Shown: positions 8,840-16,347 of the stretch, one piece after another
Position numbering within the stretch: position 1 is the first letter of the stretch
Layout of the letters: each line of letters opens with the position of its first letter
Source: Pseudanabaena sp. FACHB-1998
GTDB lineage: Bacteria; Cyanobacteriota; Cyanobacteriia; Pseudanabaenales; Pseudanabaenaceae
NCBI RefSeq assembly: GCF_014696355.1
Contig: NZ_JACJQA010000011.1
Location: 51,849-75,848 of the forward strand
Direction of reading: 5' to 3'
DNA: 24,000 nt
The notes under the pieces: generated by a model
What the model was told of the DNA's origin: nothing
Database searches by the model: none
What the model saw: the letters and a program-made list of their open reading frames with translations, nothing else
Translations under genes and position numbers: made by a program

Positions 8840-8868
8840 TAACAACAGATTTTAAAAATCTGTTGTTA
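8840..8868. repeat. 29-bp perfect palindrome (14-bp arms) 39 nt upstream of the APH-like gene start
   Basis: Sequence taacaacagatttt-a-aaaatctgttgtta. It could be an operator or a 5'-UTR hairpin; its function is unknown. Confidence 0.7.
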
Positions 8869-8906
8869 AGCATCTAAAAGCATCATCCATCCAGCCATTA
8901 ATCGCC

Positions 8907-9929
8907 ATGCCTGTCGCAGACTGGTCTCTCAAGCATTTGTCTACCATGCCTGACCATCTCTTTCCGATCACCTACTCAACCCTAGCTCCGGAGGCTTTGG
9001 TTGATCGCGTATTATCGTGTTTTGCGGTGGGCGAGGTGACTAGTTGTGTCTTTTGGATGCGAGGGTTAAGTGATATCTATTTGGTAAGCACTCGCGATAG
9101 TCGATATGTGTTGCGCGTGTCCCACGCCCATTGGCGCTCTAAGGCAGAAATCGAGTTTGAGCTACAACTTCTAGAATTTTTACATCGTCACCATATCCCC
9201 GTGGCTTATCCGCTTTCGACCTATGATGGCAAGCTGGCGATCGAGATTAAGGCGTTAGAAGGCGATCGCTATGCTTCTTTGTTTACCCATGCCGCAGGTC
9301 AGGTTGCCGTTGGCGATTTAAACAAAGTTCAAGCCCAAAAATTAGGGGAAACCGTCGCAAAATTACATAAAACCTCTCAAAACTTTCAATGTCATGCAGC
9401 GCGTCCCCATTTGACCATTAATTACCTCTTAGATGACTCCCTGCGGGATCTATCGCCATTTTTTAACAATGGGGCGCGAGACTATATGCAAGAAGCGATC
9501 GCCCACATCAAAGAGCAAATCCATGATCTCCCGCAGGAATTACCTCTATGGAGCGTCTGCTGGGGTGATCCGCATAGTGGCAACGTCCATTTCACCGACA
9601 ATAACGATATTACGTTGTTTGATTTTGATCAATGTGGTTATGGATGGCGATCGTTTGATATCGCGAAGTTTTTGCAAGTCACTTTGCAAGCTGGAATTAG
9701 CCCCAGCGTTCGCAAGGCTTTCTTGCATGGCTACCAGTCCACCCAACCCCTCGAAGAGATCGAATTAAAATGTATGCAGCCCCTGATGCAGGCGGCGCAG
9801 ATCTGGTCATGGGCGATTAGTGTCAAGTCCGCGATCGTGCATAATCACAGCAAGCTCGATCACAGCTACTTCCATCAAAGGCTCGAGCATTTCAAGATGT
9901 TGCGATCGCCTGATTGGAAACCTTTTTAA
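8907..9929 (+). CDS. phosphotransferase-family (APH / homoserine kinase type II fold) protein
   Basis: 340 aa. The catalytic loop WGDPHSGNVHF (HxDxxxxN-type, with G in place of H) and the metal-binding motif LFDFDQCGYGWRSFDIAKF are typical of aminoglycoside/choline-kinase-like phosphotransferases. Confidence 0.75.
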   Translation: MPVADWSLKHLSTMPDHLFPITYSTLAPEALVDRVLSCFAVGEVTSCVFWMRGLSDIYLVSTRDSRYVLRVSHAHWRSKAEIEFELQLLEFLHRHHIPVAYPLSTYDGKLAIEIKALEGDRYASLFTHAAGQVAVGDLNKVQAQKLGETVAKLHKTSQNFQCHAARPHLTINYLLDDSLRDLSPFFNNGARDYMQEAIAHIKEQIHDLPQELPLWSVCWGDPHSGNVHFTDNNDITLFDFDQCGYGWRSFDIAKFLQVTLQAGISPSVRKAFLHGYQSTQPLEEIELKCMQPLMQAAQIWSWAISVKSAIVHNHSKLDHSYFHQRLEHFKMLRSPDWKPF

Positions 9930-9945
9930 GAATTTATTTGTTTAA

Positions 9946-10032
9946 ACCTCATCCGTTATTTATCAAGATATCTTACTTGAGGGCAAAGCTGATGGGATAG
10001 CCGAAGGCGAGGCTAAAAGTAGGTATAGCTAA
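9946..10032 (+). pseudogene. short relic resembling the start of a cyanobacterial DUF4351 / Rpn-family (putative transposase-like nuclease) gene
   Basis: The frame reads TSSVIYQDILLEGKADGIAEGEAKSRYS*. It has no start codon and a stop lies directly upstream. It resembles my recollection of the (R)ESVIYQ(D/E)I..EG..(Q/A)EGEA signature of DUF4351 proteins. Confidence 0.3.
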
Positions 10033-10094
10033 AGCTCTGTAACTTTGGGATAAAATGGGGAAGATCATGTGTATCTCAGTAGATATCAAAACCT

Positions 10095-11069
10095 ATGCCA
10101 CGTTATACAGGCATTTCTAGCGAAGCCTTTCGCCATCCCCTTGATCGCCAAGCCGAACAAGCCCTCCGCAGCGTCCCCGGATTTGACCTCGTGGCAGGGA
10201 AATTTGTCGAGTTTATGTACGAGCGTCCGCAGACGATTTACCACATTGGCAATAGTATTCAGGTAAGTCATCGACAATACGCCACCATCCATCGCATTTT
10301 TCGAGAATGTATCGCTGACCTTGATATTCAGCCTGAGCCAGTTCTATTTGTCTCCCAAAATCCTGTAGCTAATAGCTACGCTCTCGGCAAAGATCACCCC
10401 TACATTGTGATTAATTCAGGACTGCTAGATCTGCTCACCGAGGAAGAAATTCGGGCAGTACTTGCCCATGAGCTTGGTCATATTAAATGCGGTCATACTA
10501 CCCTGATCCAAATGGCGATGTGGGTGATGAGCATCGTTTCACAATTGAGCGAAATGACCTTTGGTTTAGGTGGTTTGGTGAGCAGTGGCTTAATTTATGC
10601 CTTTTTTGAATGGCGACGTAAGGCCGAATTGTCGAGCGATCGCGCCGCCTTATTAGTCACCGATGAACTGGATACAGTTCTCTCCACGATGATGAAGCTA
10701 TCGGGCGGGAGTTCTGCTTTTGCCCATGAACTGAGCTTGCCCGAATTTATTCGTCAATCGGAAGCTTATCAAGAACTGGATAAAGATAATCTCAATCAAA
10801 TTTATAAGTTCATGCTCTACAACGGGTTTGGTGCTGGCTCCATGCTCAGTCATCCGTTCCCCGTTGAGCGAGTTCATTATATCCGTGACTGGGCGGAATC
10901 AGAGGATTATCGCATTATCAAGACTGGTAAATACAAGAAAGGTGATACCACTGGGGCTGTAGATGTTGCTAGTCCTAGTGAAGAGAAGAAAACAGAAACT
11001 GAAGCAGAACGCCTCAAGCGTCAAATTGACGACCTTCAAGCCGAAATCAATCGCATTAAACGTTCTTAA
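10095..11069 (+). CDS. M48-family zinc metallopeptidase with a C-terminal coiled-coil tail
   Basis: 324 aa. It has the motif HELGHIKCGH (HExxH) and a downstream SDRAAL segment typical of M48/HtpX-like peptidases. The charged C-terminus reads EEKKTETEAERLKRQIDDLQAEINRIK. Confidence 0.8.
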   Translation: MPRYTGISSEAFRHPLDRQAEQALRSVPGFDLVAGKFVEFMYERPQTIYHIGNSIQVSHRQYATIHRIFRECIADLDIQPEPVLFVSQNPVANSYALGKDHPYIVINSGLLDLLTEEEIRAVLAHELGHIKCGHTTLIQMAMWVMSIVSQLSEMTFGLGGLVSSGLIYAFFEWRRKAELSSDRAALLVTDELDTVLSTMMKLSGGSSAFAHELSLPEFIRQSEAYQELDKDNLNQIYKFMLYNGFGAGSMLSHPFPVERVHYIRDWAESEDYRIIKTGKYKKGDTTGAVDVASPSEEKKTETEAERLKRQIDDLQAEINRIKRS

Positions 11070-11100
11070 CAGAAAGGCGGCGCGAAGCGCCGCCTTTCTG
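11070..11100. terminator. bidirectional intrinsic terminator hairpin filling the convergent gap
   Basis: cagaaaggcggcgc-gaa-gcgccgcctttctg gives a 14-bp perfect stem with a GAA loop, flanked by T/A runs on both strands. It occupies almost the whole 35-nt gap between two convergent stop codons. Confidence 0.85.
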
Positions 11101-11104
11101 TTTC

Positions 11105-11722
11105 TTAGCCACATTCTTGATAGTTGTAGGACTGCAACTTGTAAATGTGATAGAACAACTGCCAAAAATACTTTTCGGTTAAGCCGCAAGTCGAAGCGCC
11201 CCGAAGCACCACATTGGAATACCAATCATTGGGGGCAAGTTCGCGAGATAGCTTATTGACAACGCTGTAAGTTCTTACATTTGGATAAACTATATTTTTA
11301 ACCGTAACGTTGATCAGTTCGTGCTGATAGCCGCCTCTAGAGACATCTTCGCGGATATCTAGGCGATCGCTTAAGCGCATGGGCAGACAATACAAAACCC
11401 CTTCTACATAGGAATTAGGATCTTTGACAATATCTAGGCAACCGCAACCCCGATGGGGCGATCGGTAATAAAAACCAAGCTTATATCCACTTAAACGCGC
11501 CACACCGACAACATAGTGATGAGCCGTTTCACCAAGCGATCGCTTCAAATCAACAGGACACATACAGGAACCATAGGCGAAGTAATAAAACATCGGCTCA
11601 GCTTGGGGACAAAGTTCGGCAGGAGAACCTTCCAAGGGCGACAATGGCTGTATTTTTTGTGATTTGAGCGAATCTACCATATTTTTTCTTTGGCAAAAAC
11701 TGTTTAGTATTCTGAGATACAT
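11105..11722 (-). CDS. gamma-glutamylcyclotransferase-like (GGCT/AIG2-like) family protein
   Basis: YFAYGSCM matches the GGCT signature YGSL/NM, and EGVLY supplies the candidate catalytic Glu. The start is uncertain: in-frame ATGs lie at 11722, 11680 and 11593, and a TATACT box just upstream of 11722 favours one of the inner starts. Confidence 0.65.
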   Translation of the reverse strand: MYLRILNSFCQRKNMVDSLKSQKIQPLSPLEGSPAELCPQAEPMFYYFAYGSCMCPVDLKRSLGETAHHYVVGVARLSGYKLGFYYRSPHRGCGCLDIVKDPNSYVEGVLYCLPMRLSDRLDIREDVSRGGYQHELINVTVKNIVYPNVRTYSVVNKLSRELAPNDWYSNVVLRGASTCGLTEKYFWQLFYHIYKLQSYNYQECG

Positions 11723-11843
11723 GCAGAAAGTATAAAGCTTTGTGTATGCTCATCAGAACTAAGGATTATCAAAATTTTGGGAATAAAGAAAGTTCCCTAG
11801 GTATTTATGGCATCAAGTATGTCCTATCCAATTTCAAAAAAAT

Positions 11844-13112
11844 ATGTCCGAATATACAAAAAAAGATTCCGAGTCAAAATCTCCCTCAGAATCTGAGCAG
11901 TCTTCTGAAGTGGCTTCTGACCTCACTAAAAATGTTAATATTAAGCATAGACTTTGGGAACTAGTAACTGTATTTACCAAACTGGGCGCAATCGCCTTTG
12001 GGGGGCCCGCCGCTCATGTGGCTGCCATTGATTTAGAAGTTGTCCAGCGTCGGCAATGGCTAAATCGCGAGAAATTATTGGATTTGTTGAGTATCACTAA
12101 CTTAATTCCCGGACCAAATTCCACTGAATTAGTAATTCACATCGGACTGGAACGCGCTGGTTGGTTGGGAGCCGTGGTCGCTGGTGTTTGCTTTATTTTG
12201 CCAGCGATGCTGGTGGTTTGGGGATTGGCGATCGCCTATGTGGAATATCAAACATTGCCGACCTTGGGTTGGCTCCTCTATGGCATCAAGCCCGTAATTA
12301 TTGCAATTATCAGCCAAGCTTTGTGGAAACTAGGCAAAGCCGCTTTTAAGGATGTAGTTACTTGGATCGCAGGAATTTTAGTCCTATCGCTATATTTTTT
12401 TAAAGTTAATGAAATACTGCTCATGCTAGGGGCTGGGCTAGTAATCAGCCTAATTCGTAATTTAAAAAGTCTTTTAAAAAATCTTAAATCCCCTAAAAAC
12501 TTTTCTTTTTTTCTTGTTCCCTTTTCCTTCTTTCCGCCATCGACTTTAAGCGCGATCGCCACAGAGCCGATTCCCAAAACTTGGATCGCGGTTTTTCTGA
12601 GCTTTTTAAAAATTGGCGCAGTTCTCTATGGCAGTGGCTATGTGCTTTTAGCCTTTGTGCAGCAAGAATTTGTGGAACGCACCCATTGGCTAACCTCACA
12701 GCAGTTATTAGATGCGGTGGCGATCGGGCAGTTTACCCCAGGGCCCATTTTGACCACTGCCACATTTATCGGTTACATCTTGGCAGGTAATCTAGGAGCG
12801 ATCGCCGCCACAATTGGCATCTTTTTACCAGCCTTTATTCTGGTTTTAGCAATTAATCCCTTTGTAAAAAATCTACGCAAATCTTCATGGATTTCAGGCT
12901 TTTTAGATGGGGTAAATACTGCTTCGATTAGCTTGATGGCAGCAGTTACATGGGAGTTAGGCAAAGGAACTTTAATCGATATTTGGACAATTATTTTAGC
13001 GATCGCTAGTTTAACGATTCTGCTCAAATTTCCCAAATTTAATTCAGCTTGGTTAGTAATTGCTGGTGCAGCGATCGGTTGTCTAGTCAAAAAATTCGTG
13101 AGCATTACTTAA
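11844..13112 (+). CDS. chrA: chromate ion transporter (CHR family, two-domain long form)
   Basis: 422 aa. The motifs FGGPAAHVA...IPGPNSTEL (first half) and FTPGPILTTATFIGY (second half) are the duplicated CHR domain motifs. The N-terminal ~35 aa are a Ser/Glu-rich extension. Confidence 0.85.
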   Translation: MSEYTKKDSESKSPSESEQSSEVASDLTKNVNIKHRLWELVTVFTKLGAIAFGGPAAHVAAIDLEVVQRRQWLNREKLLDLLSITNLIPGPNSTELVIHIGLERAGWLGAVVAGVCFILPAMLVVWGLAIAYVEYQTLPTLGWLLYGIKPVIIAIISQALWKLGKAAFKDVVTWIAGILVLSLYFFKVNEILLMLGAGLVISLIRNLKSLLKNLKSPKNFSFFLVPFSFFPPSTLSAIATEPIPKTWIAVFLSFLKIGAVLYGSGYVLLAFVQQEFVERTHWLTSQQLLDAVAIGQFTPGPILTTATFIGYILAGNLGAIAATIGIFLPAFILVLAINPFVKNLRKSSWISGFLDGVNTASISLMAAVTWELGKGTLIDIWTIILAIASLTILLKFPKFNSAWLVIAGAAIGCLVKKFVSIT

Positions 13113-13125
13113 TTTCTAAGAATGC

Positions 13126-13221
13126 TACTGCCTCCTCACTCAAGAATTAGTAGTGCGGCGCAAAGCGCTGCACCACTAATTCTTGGGTTTTAATGTCTAT
13201 TTTTATACTGAGAAGGGAGTA
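13126..13221. repeat. REP/MITE-like nested-palindrome element, copy 1 (96 bp); its inner hairpin probably terminates chrA
   Basis: tactgcctcctcactcaagaattagtagtgcggcgcaaagcgctgcaccactaattcttgggttttaatgtctatttttatactgagaagggagta. It aligns along its full length with 18586-18680. The inner hairpin at 13141-13185 is followed by GGTTTT. Confidence 0.85.
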
Positions 13222-13310
13222 ATAGGATAAAATCTAGCAATAATGCTGAATTAGCTAACTTTTACTAGCTCAATAGCACTGAATTCTTACAGCAATTTGC
13301 TCTCAAAACC

Positions 13311-13369
13311 CCACTAAGAGATTTAATAAAAATGTTGCTTTGCAACATTTTTATTAAATCTCTTAGTGG
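13311..13369. repeat. 59-bp perfect palindrome (28-bp arms, TTT loop) upstream of the XRE-like gene
   Basis: ccactaagagatttaataaaaatgttgc-ttt-gcaacatttttattaaatctcttagtgg, checked base by base. It lies 45 nt upstream of ATG 13415. Confidence 0.9.
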
Positions 13370-13414
13370 CTCGTTTGATGAAAAATTGTTGGACAAAACT
13401 GTTGATATGAAAAG

Positions 13415-13834
13415 ATGCCCCCAAGGTTACAGCTCAAAACTGAAGATTGCTCACCGCTAGGTTTATTCGTTCTTCAATATTTAGAAGAACAGGATATTAG
13501 TATGAATCATCTTGCCGAATTGGCAGGAGTCCCACAACCAAGACTGCGGGGAGCGTGCTTTAAGGGAACTTGTCCAACGCCTGAAACCCTAAGAAAGCTT
13601 GCCAAGATCATGGGTAAGCATCATCTCGAACTCTACACATTGGCATATCAAGGTCGAATTGAGCAGGTTCCAGAAGATGTTGATGATAACTTACTTGATA
13701 TTTTAATCAGGCAAATGCTAGAAACCGCTAGGGAATTAAATTTAGCAATGCCCAAAACACAACCATCCAAAGCCAAAATCCGTAAAGCTCTAATCGAATT
13801 GGGGTTTAGGGAAAAGAGAGAAGAAATTTTATGA
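13415..13834 (+). CDS. small XRE-like helix-turn-helix protein
   Basis: 139 aa. LGLFVLQYLEEQDISMNHLAELAGVPQPRLRGACFKGTCPTPETLRKLAKIMG fits the HTH_3 (Cro/C1) helix pattern. The C-terminal half has no match I recognise. I see no HIP1 octamer in the surrounding 13113-13949. Confidence 0.55.
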   Translation: MPPRLQLKTEDCSPLGLFVLQYLEEQDISMNHLAELAGVPQPRLRGACFKGTCPTPETLRKLAKIMGKHHLELYTLAYQGRIEQVPEDVDDNLLDILIRQMLETARELNLAMPKTQPSKAKIRKALIELGFREKREEIL

Positions 13835-13846
13835 AAATTAAAATTT

Positions 13847-13899
13847 AAGAACCGATTATTGATGGCACGGCGAAGCCGTGCCATCAATAATCGGTTCTT
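13847..13899. terminator. 53-bp perfect hairpin (25-bp stem, GAA loop) between convergent genes
   Basis: aagaaccgattattgatggcacggc-gaa-gccgtgccatcaataatcggttctt. It starts 13 nt after the XRE-like stop and ends 50 nt from the cpcF stop. The apex carries GCGAAGC. Confidence 0.75.
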
Positions 13900-13949
13900 T
13901 CTTAAGTTATGGAGTCCTTAGCTAAGTCTTGAAAGTGTTGGGAATTGAC

Positions 13950-14741
13950 TTACTTTGAGACTTCTGTTCGCTCTTGTCGTTTCATTTCGTAAAGTTTATT
14001 CATAATTACCTGCCAATCATTCGGAGAGAGAGGAGATGTACTCTCTTGATAATTGGAAGCTTGAATAACATTATTTAATTTATCAGTATAAATTTGTTGT
14101 AACTTATCTTCTAGTTTTGCTTGGGCTAGCCACACTCGACCCCGTACTGCAAGGGTTTCATCATTGCAGGACAAGATATTCATTTGAGTTTGAATCTGCC
14201 CTAACCATTCAGGATAACTATCGGCAATCATCATACCTAGAGATTCTAACCCCACCACGGCCGCATAGCGAACTACCCATTCCTCATCCTGTTGCGCCAC
14301 AAATAGCAAGGCTTCCAAGGCTTCCTCTTGAGCGATCTCACGAACTTCATCGGGGAACCAGTGCCATTTCATCATCCCCAAGCCTTTGACTGCCGCACGC
14401 CGCACGCTCAAAGCAAAATCTGCGGTGGCAACTCCTAACAAAGTTACCAAACCTCTAGGATCGCCAATACCCGCTAAGGCGCGAATTGCCCACGATCGCG
14501 CAGTGTAGTTGTGCATATCCAAAAGATGTAATAAGGCAGGAACCGCAGGATCTCCCAAGGCGATTAATCCATCAACTGAAGCAACGGCAGCCCCCGGGTT
14601 GTTATAGCTGAGAGCTTCAATCAATGTAGGGATAGCTCCTTCTAATCGAGCGTCCGCTAGATTTTGGACTGCTTCGAGCAGTAGCTTAGAAGAATCTGCT
14701 TCTTCTACGGCTTGAATGAGTTGGGAAAGGCGATCGGTCAT
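13950..14741 (-). CDS. cpcF: phycocyanobilin lyase subunit CpcF (HEAT-repeat protein)
   Basis: 263 aa. HEAT repeats (AIPTLIEAL, GDPAVPALLHLL, SWAIRALAGIGDPRG, VRRAAVKGLG, VRYAAVVGLE) and a position just downstream of cpcE. The C-terminal ~60 aa extend beyond my recollection of typical CpcF length. Confidence 0.85.
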   Translation of the reverse strand: MTDRLSQLIQAVEEADSSKLLLEAVQNLADARLEGAIPTLIEALSYNNPGAAVASVDGLIALGDPAVPALLHLLDMHNYTARSWAIRALAGIGDPRGLVTLLGVATADFALSVRRAAVKGLGMMKWHWFPDEVREIAQEEALEALLFVAQQDEEWVVRYAAVVGLESLGMMIADSYPEWLGQIQTQMNILSCNDETLAVRGRVWLAQAKLEDKLQQIYTDKLNNVIQASNYQESTSPLSPNDWQVIMNKLYEMKRQERTEVSK

Positions 14742-14780
14742 ATATGGATAAAGTATAGAAGCGCAAAGCGCTCCTCTACT

Positions 14781-14822
14781 TTACAATAAATCATCCATCA
14801 GTATCACAACTCTGACTGCGCC
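14781..14822 (-). other. degenerate duplicate of the cpcE 3' end in the cpcE-cpcF spacer
   Basis: 36 of 42 nt match 14849-14890. On the minus strand it translates to ...SAEGAVRVVILMDDLL*, against the true cpcE end ...LTDGAVRVMTLMDDLL*. A stop lies directly upstream in frame, so it is not part of a longer ORF. Confidence 0.8.
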
Positions 14823-14848
14823 TTCAGCACTTTAACAGCAAGCAGTTA

Positions 14849-15664
14849 CTACAATAAATCATCCATCAGGGTCATCACCCTGACTGCGCCATCGGTAAGT
14901 TGTGGCGGAATCGCTAAGGGAATTTGTTTTTCTAACAATCCTCTCAGGGAAATCAATTTGAGGCTATTTTCAGCCATTGTCTGACTAATCGCTTCAGCCG
15001 CCCCTAAATAGCCGATCGCCCCCAAATCAGAAAGCACTGTCCGCCGCAATTGCAAATCCTTATTAGATAACGCAGTAATCAAGCGATCGCCATATTGACT
15101 CGCAACTTCAGGATCGGCGGAAAGTTGATACATGGCTCTTGCTGCGGCAAATTGAACCTTCGCTACAGGATGTTCTAAAAAAGGCAGAATGTCTGGTATA
15201 GCGTTAACCGCGCCTAGGCTCCCTAAAGCTTCGAGAAAAGCATCAAAGGGATGCTCTGGCTCTGAGTCTGAATTAATTTGAAAACTTTGGGTTTTAATTA
15301 ATTCATTTAATTTAGGAACACAGGAACTGTCGCCTAGCATTTCTAAAGATTGCGCCGCCGCCTCGCGCACATAAAAATCCTCACAATCTAAGGACTTAAT
15401 CAAGGCTGGCACGGCACGGCGATCGTCTAATTTACCCAAGGCTCTCGCCGCATTACGCCGCAATGGATAGCCACCCGCCTCCGTGCGATCGGCTTCATCA
15501 TCCAAAGCCAAGATCAACAAATCCACCGCTTGAGGCAATTTGACCCGAAATCTTCCCAACCACCATGCCGCATAGATCCTCAGCCCTAAGTCATCACATT
15601 GAAGATTTATTAGCGCTTGTTCGATGGTTAGCAGGTTATCGTCTGGAAGTTCAGATTCGCTCAT
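14849..15664 (-). CDS. cpcE: phycocyanobilin lyase subunit CpcE (HEAT-repeat protein)
   Basis: 271 aa. The motifs LRIYAAWWLGRFRV, GGYPLRRNAARALGKL and DFYVREAAAQSLEMLG are the classic CpcE signature. Confidence 0.9.
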   Translation of the reverse strand: MSESELPDDNLLTIEQALINLQCDDLGLRIYAAWWLGRFRVKLPQAVDLLILALDDEADRTEAGGYPLRRNAARALGKLDDRRAVPALIKSLDCEDFYVREAAAQSLEMLGDSSCVPKLNELIKTQSFQINSDSEPEHPFDAFLEALGSLGAVNAIPDILPFLEHPVAKVQFAAARAMYQLSADPEVASQYGDRLITALSNKDLQLRRTVLSDLGAIGYLGAAEAISQTMAENSLKLISLRGLLEKQIPLAIPPQLTDGAVRVMTLMDDLL

Positions 15665-15751
15665 AGCTTTGTTATCAATTTTTATCTACAGCATTTTATA
15701 TCAAAACCGAAGAGAGAGTTGCAGTGCAATTTTCTCTTCGGTTCTCCAACT

Positions 15752-15781
15752 AAAAAAGCACCTCGCAAGAGGTGCTTTTTT
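15752..15781 (-). terminator. intrinsic terminator/attenuator after cpcA
   Basis: aaaaaagcacctc-gcaa-gaggtgctttttt gives a 13-bp stem and a T-run, 24 nt downstream of the cpcA stop. A second hairpin at 15705-15743 (11-bp stem) follows, before cpcE. Confidence 0.8.
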
Positions 15782-15804
15782 AGGAATTTAATCTAGAGAT
15801 AGAA

Positions 15805-16296
15805 CTAGATCAAAGCATTGATTACATAGTCAATGTAGGAGTTAGCTTCAGAAGCAGCATCTCCAGAAAGACCGTGGTTGCCCTTGATGTACTTCAAAGC
15901 TTCAACATACCAGCTAGGAGACAATTCAAAAGTGCGGTTGATTTCAGCCAAGCCACTGATGAGGTAGTCATCAATAGGACCTGTACCACCAACAACCAAA
16001 GCATAGGTTACGATGCGGAGGTAGTAGCCAACATCTCTGGAGCACTTGCTCTTGCCAGTTTCGGTAGAAGCGAAGTTAGGACCAGAAGTGGTGGTGGTGT
16101 AAGGGTACTTTTGGTAAACAGCATTGGTTGCACCAGATACCAAAGAATCAGCCTTTTCGGTCAAAGCTCTAGCAGCTTGTAGACCAGAAGCAGCTTGACG
16201 GAAACGACCAAAAGCAACTTGTAATTCGCTAGCGCTGAGGAAACGACCTTGAGAATCTGCTGTAGCTAAAGCTTCGGTTAAAGGGGTCTTCGACAT
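15805..16296 (-). CDS. cpcA: C-phycocyanin alpha subunit
   Basis: 163 aa. MSKTPLTEA..., the chromophore site [11 protein letters not shown] (Cys84), [24 protein letters not shown] and [11 protein letters not shown]. Confidence 0.93.
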   Translation of the reverse strand: MSKTPLTEALATADSQGRFLSASELQVAFGRFRQAASGLQAARALTEKADSLVSGATNAVYQKYPYTTTTSGPNFASTETGKSKCSRDVGYYLRIVTYALVVGGTGPIDDYLISGLAEINRTFELSPSWYVEALKYIKGNHGLSGDAASEANSYIDYVINALI

Positions 16297-16347
16297 GATT
16301 TACAATATCTCCAAATAAATTTTTTAAACAATCAGTAAAGATAACAA

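Noticed and set aside
10069-10292. ORFs 10069-10266 (+) and 10086-10292 (-) overlapping the 5' end of the M48 peptidase gene.
   Set aside because: They are alternative-frame and antisense shadows of a gene with a clear HExxH peptidase product, and nothing independent supports them.
11740-11964. 74-aa plus-strand ORF overlapping the chrA start.
   Set aside because: It is out of frame with chrA, AT-rich and without motifs. The chrA ATG at 11844 gives a continuous protein, so this is probably spurious.
12129-13105. Several overlapping ORFs on both strands within chrA (12129-12317, 12278-12577, 12493-12699, 12581-12790, 12773-13105).
   Set aside because: All lie inside the chrA reading frame, which carries both CHR-domain signatures. 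They are alternative-frame artefacts.
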